A stretch of DNA of 64,000 bases from a bacterium (GTDB lineage: Bacteria; Patescibacteriota; Saccharimonadia; Saccharimonadales; UBA4665), in NCBI GenBank assembly GCA_021800155.1, contig JAJYZG010000001.1, positions 9,583-73,582 of the forward strand, read 5' to 3'. Position numbers and translations under genes: made by a program. Positions 1 to 10,428 of the stretch are shown piece after piece. Below the pieces are notes generated by a model that saw only the letters and a list, made by a program, of their open reading frames with translations, was not told where the DNA came from and did no database searches. Position 1 is the first letter of the stretch. Each line of letters starts with the position of its first letter.

Positions 1-600
1 GATCTCCCACTGATATTAAAAAATAGTGAACCTGCTCAACAGCTAAGACAGTTATTAATAGAGTGCGCTGAACTGTCGATTAAAAATGTGGATTTTAACT
101 TGTCTATCGTCAGGGGTTTTGACTACTATAACGGATTAGTTTTTGAGCTGTTTGATTCGTCGATCGAAAACAGTCGTTCAATGCTTGGTGGAGGCCGTTA
201 CGACGGTCTAGTCGGGCTGTTCGGTGTAGAAACCTTACCAACAGCGGGATTTGGCTTGGGTGATGCTACTCTAATTAACTTTCTTAAGCTTCACGGACTA
301 ATGCCAGACATGGGTACGTCAACACAGATTTATGTGGTTGTCATTGGCGGCCTTATCTCGGAAGCCATGAAAACCGCCACCCTACTGCGCCGCGCAGGTT
401 TAAGGGTGGCTGTTGATTTGACATCCAAAAAACTTGGTGAGCAAATCAAAACAGCCGTCAAAAAAGGTATACGTTTCGTACTGATAATAGGAGAAAACGA
501 GATTAAATCCCAGCAATATACATTGCGCGATTTAATTGATTCGAGTGAAGTTAAATTGTCGATAAAACAGATAGAAAAACTTGTCAAAGGATCTAGTTAA
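1..600 (+). CDS. hisS: Histidine--tRNA ligase, C-terminal part (truncated by window edge)
   Basis: Frame open from base 1; VRGFDYYNGLVFE, GGGRYDGL motifs and anticodon-binding domain (IIGENE). Confidence 0.95.
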   Translation, partial: DLPLILKNSEPAQQLRQLLIECAELSIKNVDFNLSIVRGFDYYNGLVFELFDSSIENSRSMLGGGRYDGLVGLFGVETLPTAGFGLGDATLINFLKLHGLMPDMGTSTQIYVVVIGGLISEAMKTATLLRRAGLRVAVDLTSKKLGEQIKTAVKKGIRFVLIIGENEIKSQQYTLRDLIDSSEVKLSIKQIEKLVKGSS

Positions 601-651
601 AATTGAGTACATGTTGGTCCCTAGTGCAGCTAATGGTAGAATTATCACCTA

Positions 652-1938
652 ATGCGTAATCATATTGAATATATCGAACCTACTAAAGTAAAAATAACCG
701 TCAAAGCTGACGAAAAAGATTTAGCAATAGCTAAACAATCCGCCATTATTAGTTTAGCTAGTAGTATTAAGGTGCCAGGATTCCGGCAAAATAAAGCTCC
801 AGCATCAATTTCCGAGAAATACTTGGATAGTCATAGGCTGGACGAAGAAACATTACAAGCTGCTCTAAATGATCTATACCAAAAGACATTGACTAATTCT
901 AAAATTAGACCCGTTACTCAGCCGCAAATAGAGGTTAAGCATTATCTACCATACGAATCATTAGAGTTTGAAGTATTAGTTGAAGCAGTGGGCAAAATTA
1001 AGCTAGGTCCATACAGGGGGTTGAAAGTTCAACGAGACAAATCAGTAGTTATGGATATAGAAGTTAACGTAACATTGGAACGGATACAGAAGCAGCTCGC
1101 AAAACGTAGTCCTGTTAAACGAGCCTCTAATACTGGGGATGAAGTCATAATAGACTTTGACGGAATCTATGCAGACTCTAGGAAGTCCATAGATGGAGCC
1201 AGCGGTAAAGATTACGCACTTGAATTAGGAAGTCAATCTTTTATTCCAGGGTTTGAGACCGAACTAATCGGCGCCAAAGCCGGTGAAAAACGTAAGTTTA
1301 AAATTAATTTTCCCAAGAATTATCAGGTAGCGTTTTTGCGCGGCAAACTAGCCGAGTTTAAGATTACAGTCAAGCAGGTAAATGAAATTACGTTACCCAA
1401 ATTAGACGACGCCTTCGCTAAAAAAGCTGGCCCATTTAAGAACTTAGACGAACTTAGAGCGGACATTAAACGAGAACTTACTTCTGCTAAAGCTGACGAA
1501 ACTGCAGCTAAGTATCAAAATGCGTTAGTCGATGCAGTAGTTTCTTCGTCTGAGGTTAACGTACCTAAAAGCTTATTAGAAGACGAAATCAAGCGCATCG
1601 AACTTGATTTTAGGCAAAACGCCGCCTATCGCGGCTTGACTTGGTCAGAATATTTGGCTACAGAAGGATTAAACGAAGATAGTTATAAAAAATTAGCAAA
1701 TAAACAAGCTGCTGCACGGATTAAGACGGGATTAATTCTGGGCGAAATTGCAACCATCGAAAACATTCAGACCAATAAAAGTGAGCTAGAGGATAGGGTT
1801 AATTCACTCAAGCAGCGCTACGCGTCAGACAAGGCTATGCAAGACGAACTAAGTAAACCTGAGAATATTGCAGACCTTAGAAGCCGCATAACACTCGAGA
1901 AGACGATACAGCGTTTAGAACAATTAAACCCCAATTAG
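652..1938 (+). CDS. tig: Trigger factor
   Basis: VPGFRQNKAP ribosome-binding motif, FKBP-like GDEVIIDFDG...FIPGFE, upstream of clpP. Confidence 0.97.
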   Translation: MRNHIEYIEPTKVKITVKADEKDLAIAKQSAIISLASSIKVPGFRQNKAPASISEKYLDSHRLDEETLQAALNDLYQKTLTNSKIRPVTQPQIEVKHYLPYESLEFEVLVEAVGKIKLGPYRGLKVQRDKSVVMDIEVNVTLERIQKQLAKRSPVKRASNTGDEVIIDFDGIYADSRKSIDGASGKDYALELGSQSFIPGFETELIGAKAGEKRKFKINFPKNYQVAFLRGKLAEFKITVKQVNEITLPKLDDAFAKKAGPFKNLDELRADIKRELTSAKADETAAKYQNALVDAVVSSSEVNVPKSLLEDEIKRIELDFRQNAAYRGLTWSEYLATEGLNEDSYKKLANKQAAARIKTGLILGEIATIENIQTNKSELEDRVNSLKQRYASDKAMQDELSKPENIADLRSRITLEKTIQRLEQLNPN

Positions 1939-1961
1939 CACTCTTGACTATGGAGTGCTAG
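1935..1961. promoter_or_regulatory. CIRCE element (HrcA operator) overlapping the clpP promoter
   Basis: TTAGCACTC-N9-GAGTGCTAG, one mismatch from consensus TTAGCACTC-N9-GAGTGCTAA; TTGACT (1944-1949)-N17-TAATAT (1967-1972) overlaps it. Confidence 0.88.
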
Positions 1962-1982
1962 TAGATTAATATGGTTTTCTAT

Positions 1983-2594
1983 ATGAATGACTCAAAACTA
2001 AAGAGCCAAGTTTTAATACCGACTGTTATCGAGCAGGAAGGACGATATGAAAGAGCCTATGACATTTATTCAAGGCTACTTAAAGAACGCATTATATTTT
2101 TGGGTAGCGACATTAATGAAGCCACAGCTAATACAGTAGTTGCGCAAATGCTTTTTCTTCAGGCAAATGATGCCAAAAAGGATATTTACCTTTACATCAA
2201 TAGTCCTGGTGGTTCAGCCTATGATGCGCTGGCAATCTACGATACTATGCAGTACGTCTCTAACGACGTACAAACTGTGGGTATTGGAGTACAGGCTTCA
2301 GCAGCTGCCTTTATTTTAAGCAGCGGCGCTAAAGGCAAACGCTTTTTGTTACCGAACGCAACTGTCATGATCCATCAGCCAAGTAGTGGAACTAGAGGTA
2401 AAATTACCGATCAGGAAATATCGCTGCGTGAAGGTTTGCGTTTAAAGAAGCTGCTAGAGGACATTATGGCCAAGAATACTGGACAAACAATACAGAAAAT
2501 TCACGAGGATATGGAGAGAGACAAATGGCTATCAGCGGACGAAGCAAAAAAATATGGGATTATAGACCAAGTTTTTAAACCGATAAATAAATAA
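1983..2594 (+). CDS. clpP: Clp protease proteolytic subunit
   Basis: [21 protein letters not shown], Ser/His/Asp triad (QASAA, MIHQP, ERDKW). Start placed at 1983 because ATG 1971 lies within the predicted -10. Confidence 0.97.
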   Translation: MNDSKLKSQVLIPTVIEQEGRYERAYDIYSRLLKERIIFLGSDINEATANTVVAQMLFLQANDAKKDIYLYINSPGGSAYDALAIYDTMQYVSNDVQTVGIGVQASAAAFILSSGAKGKRFLLPNATVMIHQPSSGTRGKITDQEISLREGLRLKKLLEDIMAKNTGQTIQKIHEDMERDKWLSADEAKKYGIIDQVFKPINK

Positions 2595-2608
2595 TTGCAG
2601 TTTGAGTC

Positions 2609-2637
2609 TTGACAGCGAATGTTCCATGAATCATACT
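2609..2637 (+). promoter_or_regulatory. Sigma70-type promoter of rpoB-rpoC
   Basis: TTGACA-N17-CATACT. Confidence 0.7.
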
Positions 2638-2802
2638 ATAATTTAAGAAGTAGTGTAGTCTAGGGAATTTGTAGCCAAAATACAGATACAAGCAACCCAG
2701 TGACTTAGTTAGCTTCGCTTAACGTAATCAACTAAAACAAACTAAATAGTACTAATTAATTACATTTAACGATAGCTAATCGAATTAAGGGGGCAAATTA
2801 CA

Positions 2803-5800
2803 GTGGCGAAGACTACTGCATTTAAAAGTCACAAAATTGAAAACGCACAGAGAATTTACTTTACAAAACAAGATCAAGCGGTAGAGCTGCCAAATTTAGT
2901 CGATCACCAGAATCGATCGTTTAACTGGTTTATCGAGGAAGGTTTGGGGGAACTGTTAGCCGAAATCTCGCCAATCGACGACTATACTGGGGCTAAGCTG
3001 TCGCTGTCATTTAAGGAATATCACTTCGACGAACCGAAAATGACAGAATTTGAAGCACGAGAGAATAACGTGAGCTTTGAAGCTCCTCTCAAAGCAACTG
3101 TTGTTTTAACCAATAAAGTAACGGGTGAAATTAAAGAGCAGGAGATATACCTGGGAGACTATCCGTGGATGACCACACGCGGCACATTCGTTATTAACGG
3201 TGCCGAGCGCGTCGTGGTTAGTCAATTAATCCGTTCTGCCGGCGTATTTTTTACGCGGTCGCAGCATCCGGCATCAGGTTATCTATACGGCGCTAAAGTT
3301 ATTCCCGGTCGTGGCGCATGGTTGGAATTCGAAACTGCTGCTAACGGTGCGATATACGTCAAGATCGATCGAAAACGCAAAATCGCTGTTACGACATTGC
3401 TCAAGGCTCTAGGTATGAGTGAAGCGGCACTAAAAGATGCATTTGCCCATGTAGATAGCGGAAATTTGCGATATATCGATGCCACCCTAGATAAAGATCC
3501 GTCACATGGTCAAAATGACGCCCTAATCGAAGTCTACCGACGCCTCCGTCCAGGCGATTTGGCTACGGTAGATAACGCAAAAAGTCTGATTGAAACAATG
3601 TTTTACAATTTCAAACGTTTCGACTTTTCGCGCGTAGGTCGATATAAGATTAATAAACGCCTTGATTTAGATGTGCCTAATACGATCGAGAATCGAGTAC
3701 TGCACTTAAGTGATTTGGTTGCGATTGTAGCTGAAATTGTACGGCTCAATACTACACAAGAACCAGCCGACGATATTGATAGTCTGGCGAACAGGCGCAT
3801 TAAACTTGTCGGTGAATTAATTCAAAGACAATTCCGAATTGGCTTGCTAAGGATGGAGCGAAACACCAAAGATCGGATGAGCATGAGTGATATTGAGAGT
3901 GTTCAACCTGCACAACTGATTAACGCGAGACCGGTAGTAGCTGCTGTACGTGAGTTCTTTGCCAGCAGTCAGCTGTCTCAATTCATGGATCAGATTAATC
4001 CGCTGTCCGAATTAGCCCACAAACGACGACTCAGCTCAATGGGGCCAGGCGGACTAAGCAGGGAACGGGCGGGATTTGAGGTGCGTGATGCCCATGCGAC
4101 TCATTACGGACGTATATGTGCCGTCGAGACTCCTGAGGGAGCGAACATTGGTCTAGTATTAAACTTGGCTAACTATGCCAGAGTGAATGACTACGGCTTC
4201 ATCGAAACTGCGTATCGTAAAGTGGTTAATTCGGTAGCTCCGAAAGAAATAGTTGGACATATCGCTGCAATTGACTACCTTAACGAGCGTGGTACTGTGA
4301 TCGTTAAAGCGGGAAAAAAATTGACTAATAGCGATGCCGAGAAGCTTGCTAAGATGAAAAACCAGGTCACCTGGCCAGTTAAAGCAAAAGTAACTGACAA
4401 GATCGAGTATCTAGATGCAGCAGCAGAAGAAAGTACAGTTATTGCAGGAGCAGGAAATGAAATTGACGAAAACGGATATTTTGTGTTAGACCGCGTTAGC
4501 GCTCGTCTTCACTTAGACTCTGGCGAGGTTGACGCCAATGACGTTAATTACATGGATGCCGCACGCAACCAAATTATAGGTAGCAGTGCCGGCTTAATTC
4601 CTTTCATAGAAAAAAACTACGTCTACCGTTCGCTCATGGGAAGTAACCAGCAGCGGCAAGCCGTGCCTCTGATTCAGCCCGCCGCGCCAATCGTCGGAAC
4701 TGGACTGGAACGGCCGGCTGCACTAAATACTGGACAGGTGATACTGGCTAAAGAAGATGGTGAAGTCGATAAGGCGACAGCAGATGAGGTGGTTATAAAA
4801 TATAAAGACGGTAAAAGTGTAACCTATGTACCTCAGCATTTTGTCCGTAGTAACGAAGGGACTTCAATCAACCAAAAAGTAGTCGTTCGCAGCGGACAAA
4901 AGATTAAGTCCGGTAACATCATTGCAGAGGGCATGTCAATTGCCGGCGGCGAGCTGGCTCTAGGTAAAGACCTGATCGTAGCGTTTATGCCATGGTCTGG
5001 GTATAACTTTGAGGATGCCATAATTATTTCGCGGAAATTAGTTGAGGATGACACCTTAACCTCTATACATATTGTAGATTTCATGATCGAAGTCCGCGAA
5101 ACAAAACTGGGTCCGGAAATTGTTACACGGGACATTCCTAACGTATCAGAAGAGTCACTAAGACATCTGGATGAAGACGGTATTGTTCGTATAGGCGCAG
5201 AAGTTCACCCCGGCGACATTCTCGTAGGAAAAATTACTCCGAAAGGAGAACAGGAACTAAGTTCCGAGGAGCGACTGTTAAGAGCAATTTTTGGAGAAAA
5301 AGCCAAAGAAGTACGCGATACCTCTCAACGTATGAGCAACGGAAAACACGGTAAAGTTGTTGGAGTGAAAATTTTTAGCCGGGAAAACGGTCACGAACTA
5401 AAAGCCGGCGTGATTATGCAAATTCAAGTTTTTGTTGCCCAGATGCGTAAAATAGCTGTCGGCGACAAGCTCGGGGGTAGACACGGCAACAAAGGAGTTA
5501 TTGCTCGTATTCTGCCGATTGAAGATATGCCATTCATGGAAGACGGTACGCCCGTGGATATTATTTTGAACCCACTGGGGGTTCCATCAAGAATGAACAT
5601 CGGACAATTATTTGAAACGCACTTAGGTATGGCCGCTCGAGCACTTAATATGCATGTCGCAAGTCCGTCCTTTGATGGTGTAAGTAAAGATAAGATTCAA
5701 GAACTGCTACGCCAGGCCAATTTGCCTGATGACGGTAAGCAACAACTATATGATGGGCGAAATGGTGAGGCTTTTACTGAGCGTACCACTGTTGGCAGCA

Positions 5801-6402
5801 TGTACATCATAAAACTTAATCACATGGTGGCTGATAAAATTCACGCACGCTCAACCGGTCCCTACACCATGGTAACGCAACAGCCATTAGGTGGTAAAGC
5901 TCAGAATGGCGGCCAAAGATTTGGCGAGATGGAAGTATGGGCCCTAGAAGCCTATGGAGCTGCAACTACTTTGCAGGAAATGCTGACCTTAAAGAGTGAT
6001 GACGTATACGGAAGAAGCAAAGCTTACGAATCGATCATTAAGCGCACTCAAATTGTTGGTCCAAAAGTACCGGAAAGCTTTAATGTTTTAGTCAAAGAGC
6101 TGCAAGGACTATCGCTAAAAGTTGATCTAATCAAAGAGAGCGAGGTGGTTGATGCCGAAGATGTACTTGCGACCAGCGTTCAGGACGAAGCTTCTCATCC
6201 TAGTAGTGTCACCGTACCAGAACCGACTATATCGGACATTGATCTAAGTGAAGAGACCCTGGGAGAAGTCGGAGACGACTTCAGTGTTGTAGACATAGAA
6301 GGCGATGGCATGAGCGGTAAGACCGCAGTTGTCTCTACCGCATCCAGTGATGATGACAACGATAACGATGATAATGAGAATGAGGAAGGAGAAGAGGATT
6401 AG
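2803..6402 (+). CDS. rpoB: RNA polymerase beta subunit
   Basis: QFMDQINPLSELAHKRR, GDKLGGRHGNKG, GQRFGEMEVWALEAYGA; acidic C-terminal tail. Confidence 0.99.
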   Translation: MAKTTAFKSHKIENAQRIYFTKQDQAVELPNLVDHQNRSFNWFIEEGLGELLAEISPIDDYTGAKLSLSFKEYHFDEPKMTEFEARENNVSFEAPLKATVVLTNKVTGEIKEQEIYLGDYPWMTTRGTFVINGAERVVVSQLIRSAGVFFTRSQHPASGYLYGAKVIPGRGAWLEFETAANGAIYVKIDRKRKIAVTTLLKALGMSEAALKDAFAHVDSGNLRYIDATLDKDPSHGQNDALIEVYRRLRPGDLATVDNAKSLIETMFYNFKRFDFSRVGRYKINKRLDLDVPNTIENRVLHLSDLVAIVAEIVRLNTTQEPADDIDSLANRRIKLVGELIQRQFRIGLLRMERNTKDRMSMSDIESVQPAQLINARPVVAAVREFFASSQLSQFMDQINPLSELAHKRRLSSMGPGGLSRERAGFEVRDAHATHYGRICAVETPEGANIGLVLNLANYARVNDYGFIETAYRKVVNSVAPKEIVGHIAAIDYLNERGTVIVKAGKKLTNSDAEKLAKMKNQVTWPVKAKVTDKIEYLDAAAEESTVIAGAGNEIDENGYFVLDRVSARLHLDSGEVDANDVNYMDAARNQIIGSSAGLIPFIEKNYVYRSLMGSNQQRQAVPLIQPAAPIVGTGLERPAALNTGQVILAKEDGEVDKATADEVVIKYKDGKSVTYVPQHFVRSNEGTSINQKVVVRSGQKIKSGNIIAEGMSIAGGELALGKDLIVAFMPWSGYNFEDAIIISRKLVEDDTLTSIHIVDFMIEVRETKLGPEIVTRDIPNVSEESLRHLDEDGIVRIGAEVHPGDILVGKITPKGEQELSSEERLLRAIFGEKAKEVRDTSQRMSNGKHGKVVGVKIFSRENGHELKAGVIMQIQVFVAQMRKIAVGDKLGGRHGNKGVIARILPIEDMPFMEDGTPVDIILNPLGVPSRMNIGQLFETHLGMAARALNMHVASPSFDGVSKDKIQELLRQANLPDDGKQQLYDGRNGEAFTERTTVGSMYIIKLNHMVADKIHARSTGPYTMVTQQPLGGKAQNGGQRFGEMEVWALEAYGAATTLQEMLTLKSDDVYGRSKAYESIIKRTQIVGPKVPESFNVLVKELQGLSLKVDLIKESEVVDAEDVLATSVQDEASHPSSVTVPEPTISDIDLSEETLGEVGDDFSVVDIEGDGMSGKTAVVSTASSDDDNDNDDNENEEGEED

Positions 6403-9400
6403 ATGACTCAAAATAACTATACCTATGGAACAGATATTGCAGATTTTGATGCAGTCAGGCTCGCCATAGCTAGTCCCGCCGATATCTTAGACTGGAGTTA
6501 TGGGGAAGTAACTAAGCCCGAAACAATAAATTACCGTACCCAAAAACCGGAGCGCGACGGATTATTTTGCGAACGAATATTTGGACCTGTAAAGGATATA
6601 AATCCACATGACGCAAAATATAAGGGAGTGCGCAGTCGCGAGGCGGCAGTCGACAAAAACGGAGAGCTGGTTACTAAAAGTATCGTTCGACGTGAGCGCA
6701 TGGGCCACATCAGTTTGGCTGTACCGGTAGCACACATCTGGTTTTTGCGTGGTACACCGAGTGCAATGGGACTACTTCTAGGAATGACCGTTAAAAACCT
6801 GGAGCGTGTGGCTTATTTTGCAAGTTTCATTATTGTGTCGATTGATGTCACCAAGCGTGAGCAATTACTGACAGATAAAGAAGCTGAATTTAACGCAGCT
6901 AAGGAAGCAATTAAACTACGATTTGAAAATGAAGCTCAAGCTGAATCTGCTAATGTCAAGGCATTAGCCGAGATGCAGAGCAAGGAACTTGAAGAATTAA
7001 ACCAAGAGTTTGAGGCATACAGGGATCAGGTTGGGAGTTTGATCAAGCTGAACCTGATCAGTGAGACAGATTATCGAGCACTGCCCGATGAACTGCGATC
7101 GATCATTAAAGTTGGTATGGGTGGGTCGGCACTCAAAGAATTACTGGACGAAATTGATCTTACAAAACTAATTAACGAATTAAATGCAGAAGTTGAAGTG
7201 GCCAAGGGCCAACGGCGGAAACGGCTAATGAAGCGACTGCGCCTACTCGAGAGTATTCAGCGGGCAGGAATTCAACCAGGCAGTATGTGCATATCTATAT
7301 TACCGGTTATCCCTCCAGACCTAAGACCAATGGTGCAATTGACTGGTGGAAGATTTGCAACTAGCGACTTGAACGACTTATACCGTCGTGTGATTAACCG
7401 CAATAATCGACTAAAGAAACTAATAGATCTTAACGCCCCTGAGGTGATTCGCCGTAATGAACAACGCATGCTACAGGAAGCGATTGATGCGTTAATAGAT
7501 AATTCCGCTGCACGCGGCGGAAGGGCTGTTGCTGCTACCGGGCAGCGTCGTCGTCTTAAGAGCTTATCCGACATGCTCAAAGGTAAGCAAGGCCGGTTTC
7601 GACAGAATCTACTGGGGAAGCGAGTCGATTACTCCGGTCGTTCCGTAATCGTTGCAGGACCTGAACTAAAGATCTATCAATGCGGTCTACCAAAAATGAT
7701 GGCTCTTGAACTGTTCAAACCATTTGTAATCGGTGAGCTTATTGCTAAAGAACATGCTCATAATATACGTAGTGCCACACGCCTGATTGAGCTGAGTGAG
7801 ACAGTTGTATGGGATGCTCTAGATGAAGTAATTAAAGGCAAGTACGTGCTGCTTAATCGTGCTCCGAGCCTCCACCGTTTAAGTATTCAGGCTTTTCAGC
7901 CCGTACTAATCGAAGGACGCGCCATTCAACTGCATCCGCTGGTATGCCGTGGGTTTAACGCCGACTTTGATGGTGATCAAATGGCGGTACACTTACCACT
8001 AAGTGATGACGCGCAGGCGGAAGCCAAAGATATTATGGTCAGTAACCGTAATTTGCTTAAACCAGCTGACGGATCACCCATACTACACATTGAGCAAGAC
8101 ATTGTACTCGGTTGTTATTACTTGACGTATGACCAGCCGGGCAATCAGGATATGCCCTTACCCTTTAGCAGTGTTGACGAAATAATCTTTGCCTTGGATC
8201 GGGGTAAAATTAAGTTGCAAACTCGTGTTAGAGTACCGTTTCGCGGACAGGTGCGAACCACAACCTCCGGTCGAGTTCTATTTAACGAAACGTTCCCTGA
8301 GGACTTCCCGTATCAAGATGAACCAATGACAAAAAAACGTCTACAAAATGTCATGGCAGATGTTTACGCCCGATATGGTCAGGAAAAAACGGCGTTGATC
8401 GCTGATGATCTTAAGGATCTAGGCTTCACATATGCAACAGTTTCGGGATTAAGTATGGGAATGAGCGATTTCGAACGTATCGAAGGAATGGATGAACTAA
8501 TTGCAGAAGGCGATGCCCGCTCGGCGGCTATATCAGAGCAATTTGAACAGGGCTTTATTACCGACGAAGAACGCTCTCGCCTAACCGTAGATAATTGGAC
8601 ACGAGTCGAAAACCAGATACAGGAACTACTTAGCACGCAAATGCTAACCAAAAACACGTCAATGGCTATCGCCTTTATATCAGGGGCCCGCGGAAGCATC
8701 ACGCAAATGAAGAACTCAGTTGGTATGCTTGGAGTGCTGCAGGATGCCGCCGGAAGGACGATTGAACTTCCAGTTAAGTCTAACTATATTTCCGGACTTG
8801 ATCCGCTCGAGTACTTCACTGGCACGCGTGGAACACGTAAAGCATTAATTGATATTGCCTTAAAAACAGCCGATGCAGGTTATCTGACAAGACGTTTAGT
8901 CGACGTATCGCAAGACGTGTTTACCATTGAGGATGAGCTAAACGATCCGGGCTTTGCGACGCGGCGCATCGATGCAGAGGAAATCGGAGTTAGTTATGCA
9001 TCCCGCTTAAGTGGACGCTATGCAGCCGAAGATATCGGTACGTACGTGAAGAGAGGGGAAGTAATTACTCCCGAAATCGCGACTGCTATTGATGCAAACA
9101 GCAAGCTGGACAACCTTAAAATAATGAGCGCTCTGTCTTGTACCAATGTGCACGGCGTTCCTCAACGGTCGTATGGAGTTGATCCTGCAACCGGAAAACT
9201 AGTTAGTCCGCATCACCCAATTGGTGTAATCGCGGCACAGAGCATAGGTGAACCTGGAACGCAGCTAAGCCTAGATTCAAAACACCGCTCCGGTGCCGTA
9301 GTTGCAGACGACTCTGCGCAAGGACTAAGCCGCATCGAGGAGTTATTTGAAGTACGTTCGCCTAAAGGTGTAGCATACCTAACGGATATTAGCGGAACGG

Positions 9401-10233
9401 TAAACGCTTGGGAAGAAGGTGATCATTATGTAGTACAGATTACCGCTCACAATAAAGAAAAACTAACTTTTGACCTTGGGGAGCGAAAGATAAAGCTGGC
9501 GGACGGAACAGACGTTGCCATTGGTGATGTTATAGCAGCCAATGAAGATAACAGCGAACCGGTCGTAGCGCCAATGGCAGGTAAATTGCACGTAACAGAT
9601 ACTACATTGGTCATTACGCCAACAAAGCAAAGCGTTATACGCTACGAAATACCCGGATTTAAACAGCTACTAGTCGAAGATGGAGATAAGGTGGTAGCCG
9701 GACAGCGTTTAACTTCCGGGTCCATTAACCTGCACGATTTGATGCGTTTACAGGGAGTTGAAGCGACTCAGCGCTACATCATGAATGAAATCCTTAAAAT
9801 ATTTGTAGGGCAAGGACAAAATATCGCCGACAAACACCTTGAGATAATTGTTAGACAGATGTTTAGTCGCGTTCAGATAGAGGATAGCGGTGATAGTGAG
9901 TTTGTGACAGGCGATATTGTGTCAAAACTGGCCGTCAGTGAAGTAAACGAAAAGTTAATTGCCGAAGGTAAGCAACCTGCAAAATACCTGCAATTGCTAC
10001 TCGGAATAACTAAAGCATCACTTTCCACTGATTCTTTCTTGTCGGCGGCTTCATTTCAAGATACGACACGAGTTTTGATAGCGGCAGCGACGTCAGGTAA
10101 AGTAGATCGTCTATTCGGACTGAAAGAAAATGTCATTCTAGGCCGCAAAATACCGGTCGGTACGGGTTATATATCCTCAGAACGAGAATTAGAGGAAGAA
10201 AACATCGACGAAACAGAATCTTTTGTATCTTGA
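6403..10233 (+). CDS. rpoC: RNA polymerase beta' subunit
   Basis: NADFDGD catalytic motif, GKRVDYSGRSVI, LKENVILG. Confidence 0.99.
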   Translation: MTQNNYTYGTDIADFDAVRLAIASPADILDWSYGEVTKPETINYRTQKPERDGLFCERIFGPVKDINPHDAKYKGVRSREAAVDKNGELVTKSIVRRERMGHISLAVPVAHIWFLRGTPSAMGLLLGMTVKNLERVAYFASFIIVSIDVTKREQLLTDKEAEFNAAKEAIKLRFENEAQAESANVKALAEMQSKELEELNQEFEAYRDQVGSLIKLNLISETDYRALPDELRSIIKVGMGGSALKELLDEIDLTKLINELNAEVEVAKGQRRKRLMKRLRLLESIQRAGIQPGSMCISILPVIPPDLRPMVQLTGGRFATSDLNDLYRRVINRNNRLKKLIDLNAPEVIRRNEQRMLQEAIDALIDNSAARGGRAVAATGQRRRLKSLSDMLKGKQGRFRQNLLGKRVDYSGRSVIVAGPELKIYQCGLPKMMALELFKPFVIGELIAKEHAHNIRSATRLIELSETVVWDALDEVIKGKYVLLNRAPSLHRLSIQAFQPVLIEGRAIQLHPLVCRGFNADFDGDQMAVHLPLSDDAQAEAKDIMVSNRNLLKPADGSPILHIEQDIVLGCYYLTYDQPGNQDMPLPFSSVDEIIFALDRGKIKLQTRVRVPFRGQVRTTTSGRVLFNETFPEDFPYQDEPMTKKRLQNVMADVYARYGQEKTALIADDLKDLGFTYATVSGLSMGMSDFERIEGMDELIAEGDARSAAISEQFEQGFITDEERSRLTVDNWTRVENQIQELLSTQMLTKNTSMAIAFISGARGSITQMKNSVGMLGVLQDAAGRTIELPVKSNYISGLDPLEYFTGTRGTRKALIDIALKTADAGYLTRRLVDVSQDVFTIEDELNDPGFATRRIDAEEIGVSYASRLSGRYAAEDIGTYVKRGEVITPEIATAIDANSKLDNLKIMSALSCTNVHGVPQRSYGVDPATGKLVSPHHPIGVIAAQSIGEPGTQLSLDSKHRSGAVVADDSAQGLSRIEELFEVRSPKGVAYLTDISGTVNAWEEGDHYVVQITAHNKEKLTFDLGERKIKLADGTDVAIGDVIAANEDNSEPVVAPMAGKLHVTDTTLVITPTKQSVIRYEIPGFKQLLVEDGDKVVAGQRLTSGSINLHDLMRLQGVEATQRYIMNEILKIFVGQGQNIADKHLEIIVRQMFSRVQIEDSGDSEFVTGDIVSKLAVSEVNEKLIAEGKQPAKYLQLLLGITKASLSTDSFLSAASFQDTTRVLIAAATSGKVDRLFGLKENVILGRKIPVGTGYISSERELEEENIDETESFVS

Positions 10234-10428
10234 TAAGCTTAGGTGTTATCTGATAAAATGCTTGCAAACAACAAAGGTTAAGTTAAAGTAAGCTTTTTAG
10301 ACGAAAATTTCGACTCGAGCTCGAAACTAGGATAAGGCCAATTAGCAGAAGGTCAAGTAAATAGTGGTTATCGCAGCGGAAGATTGAATATTAAGCTAAA
10401 GTAAGCCAAGGAGAACAAGTTAAATCTA

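Noticed and set aside
3960..4050. Rifampicin-resistance substitutions in rpoB cluster I
   Set aside because: Key Gln, Asp, His, Arg and Ser positions are canonical.
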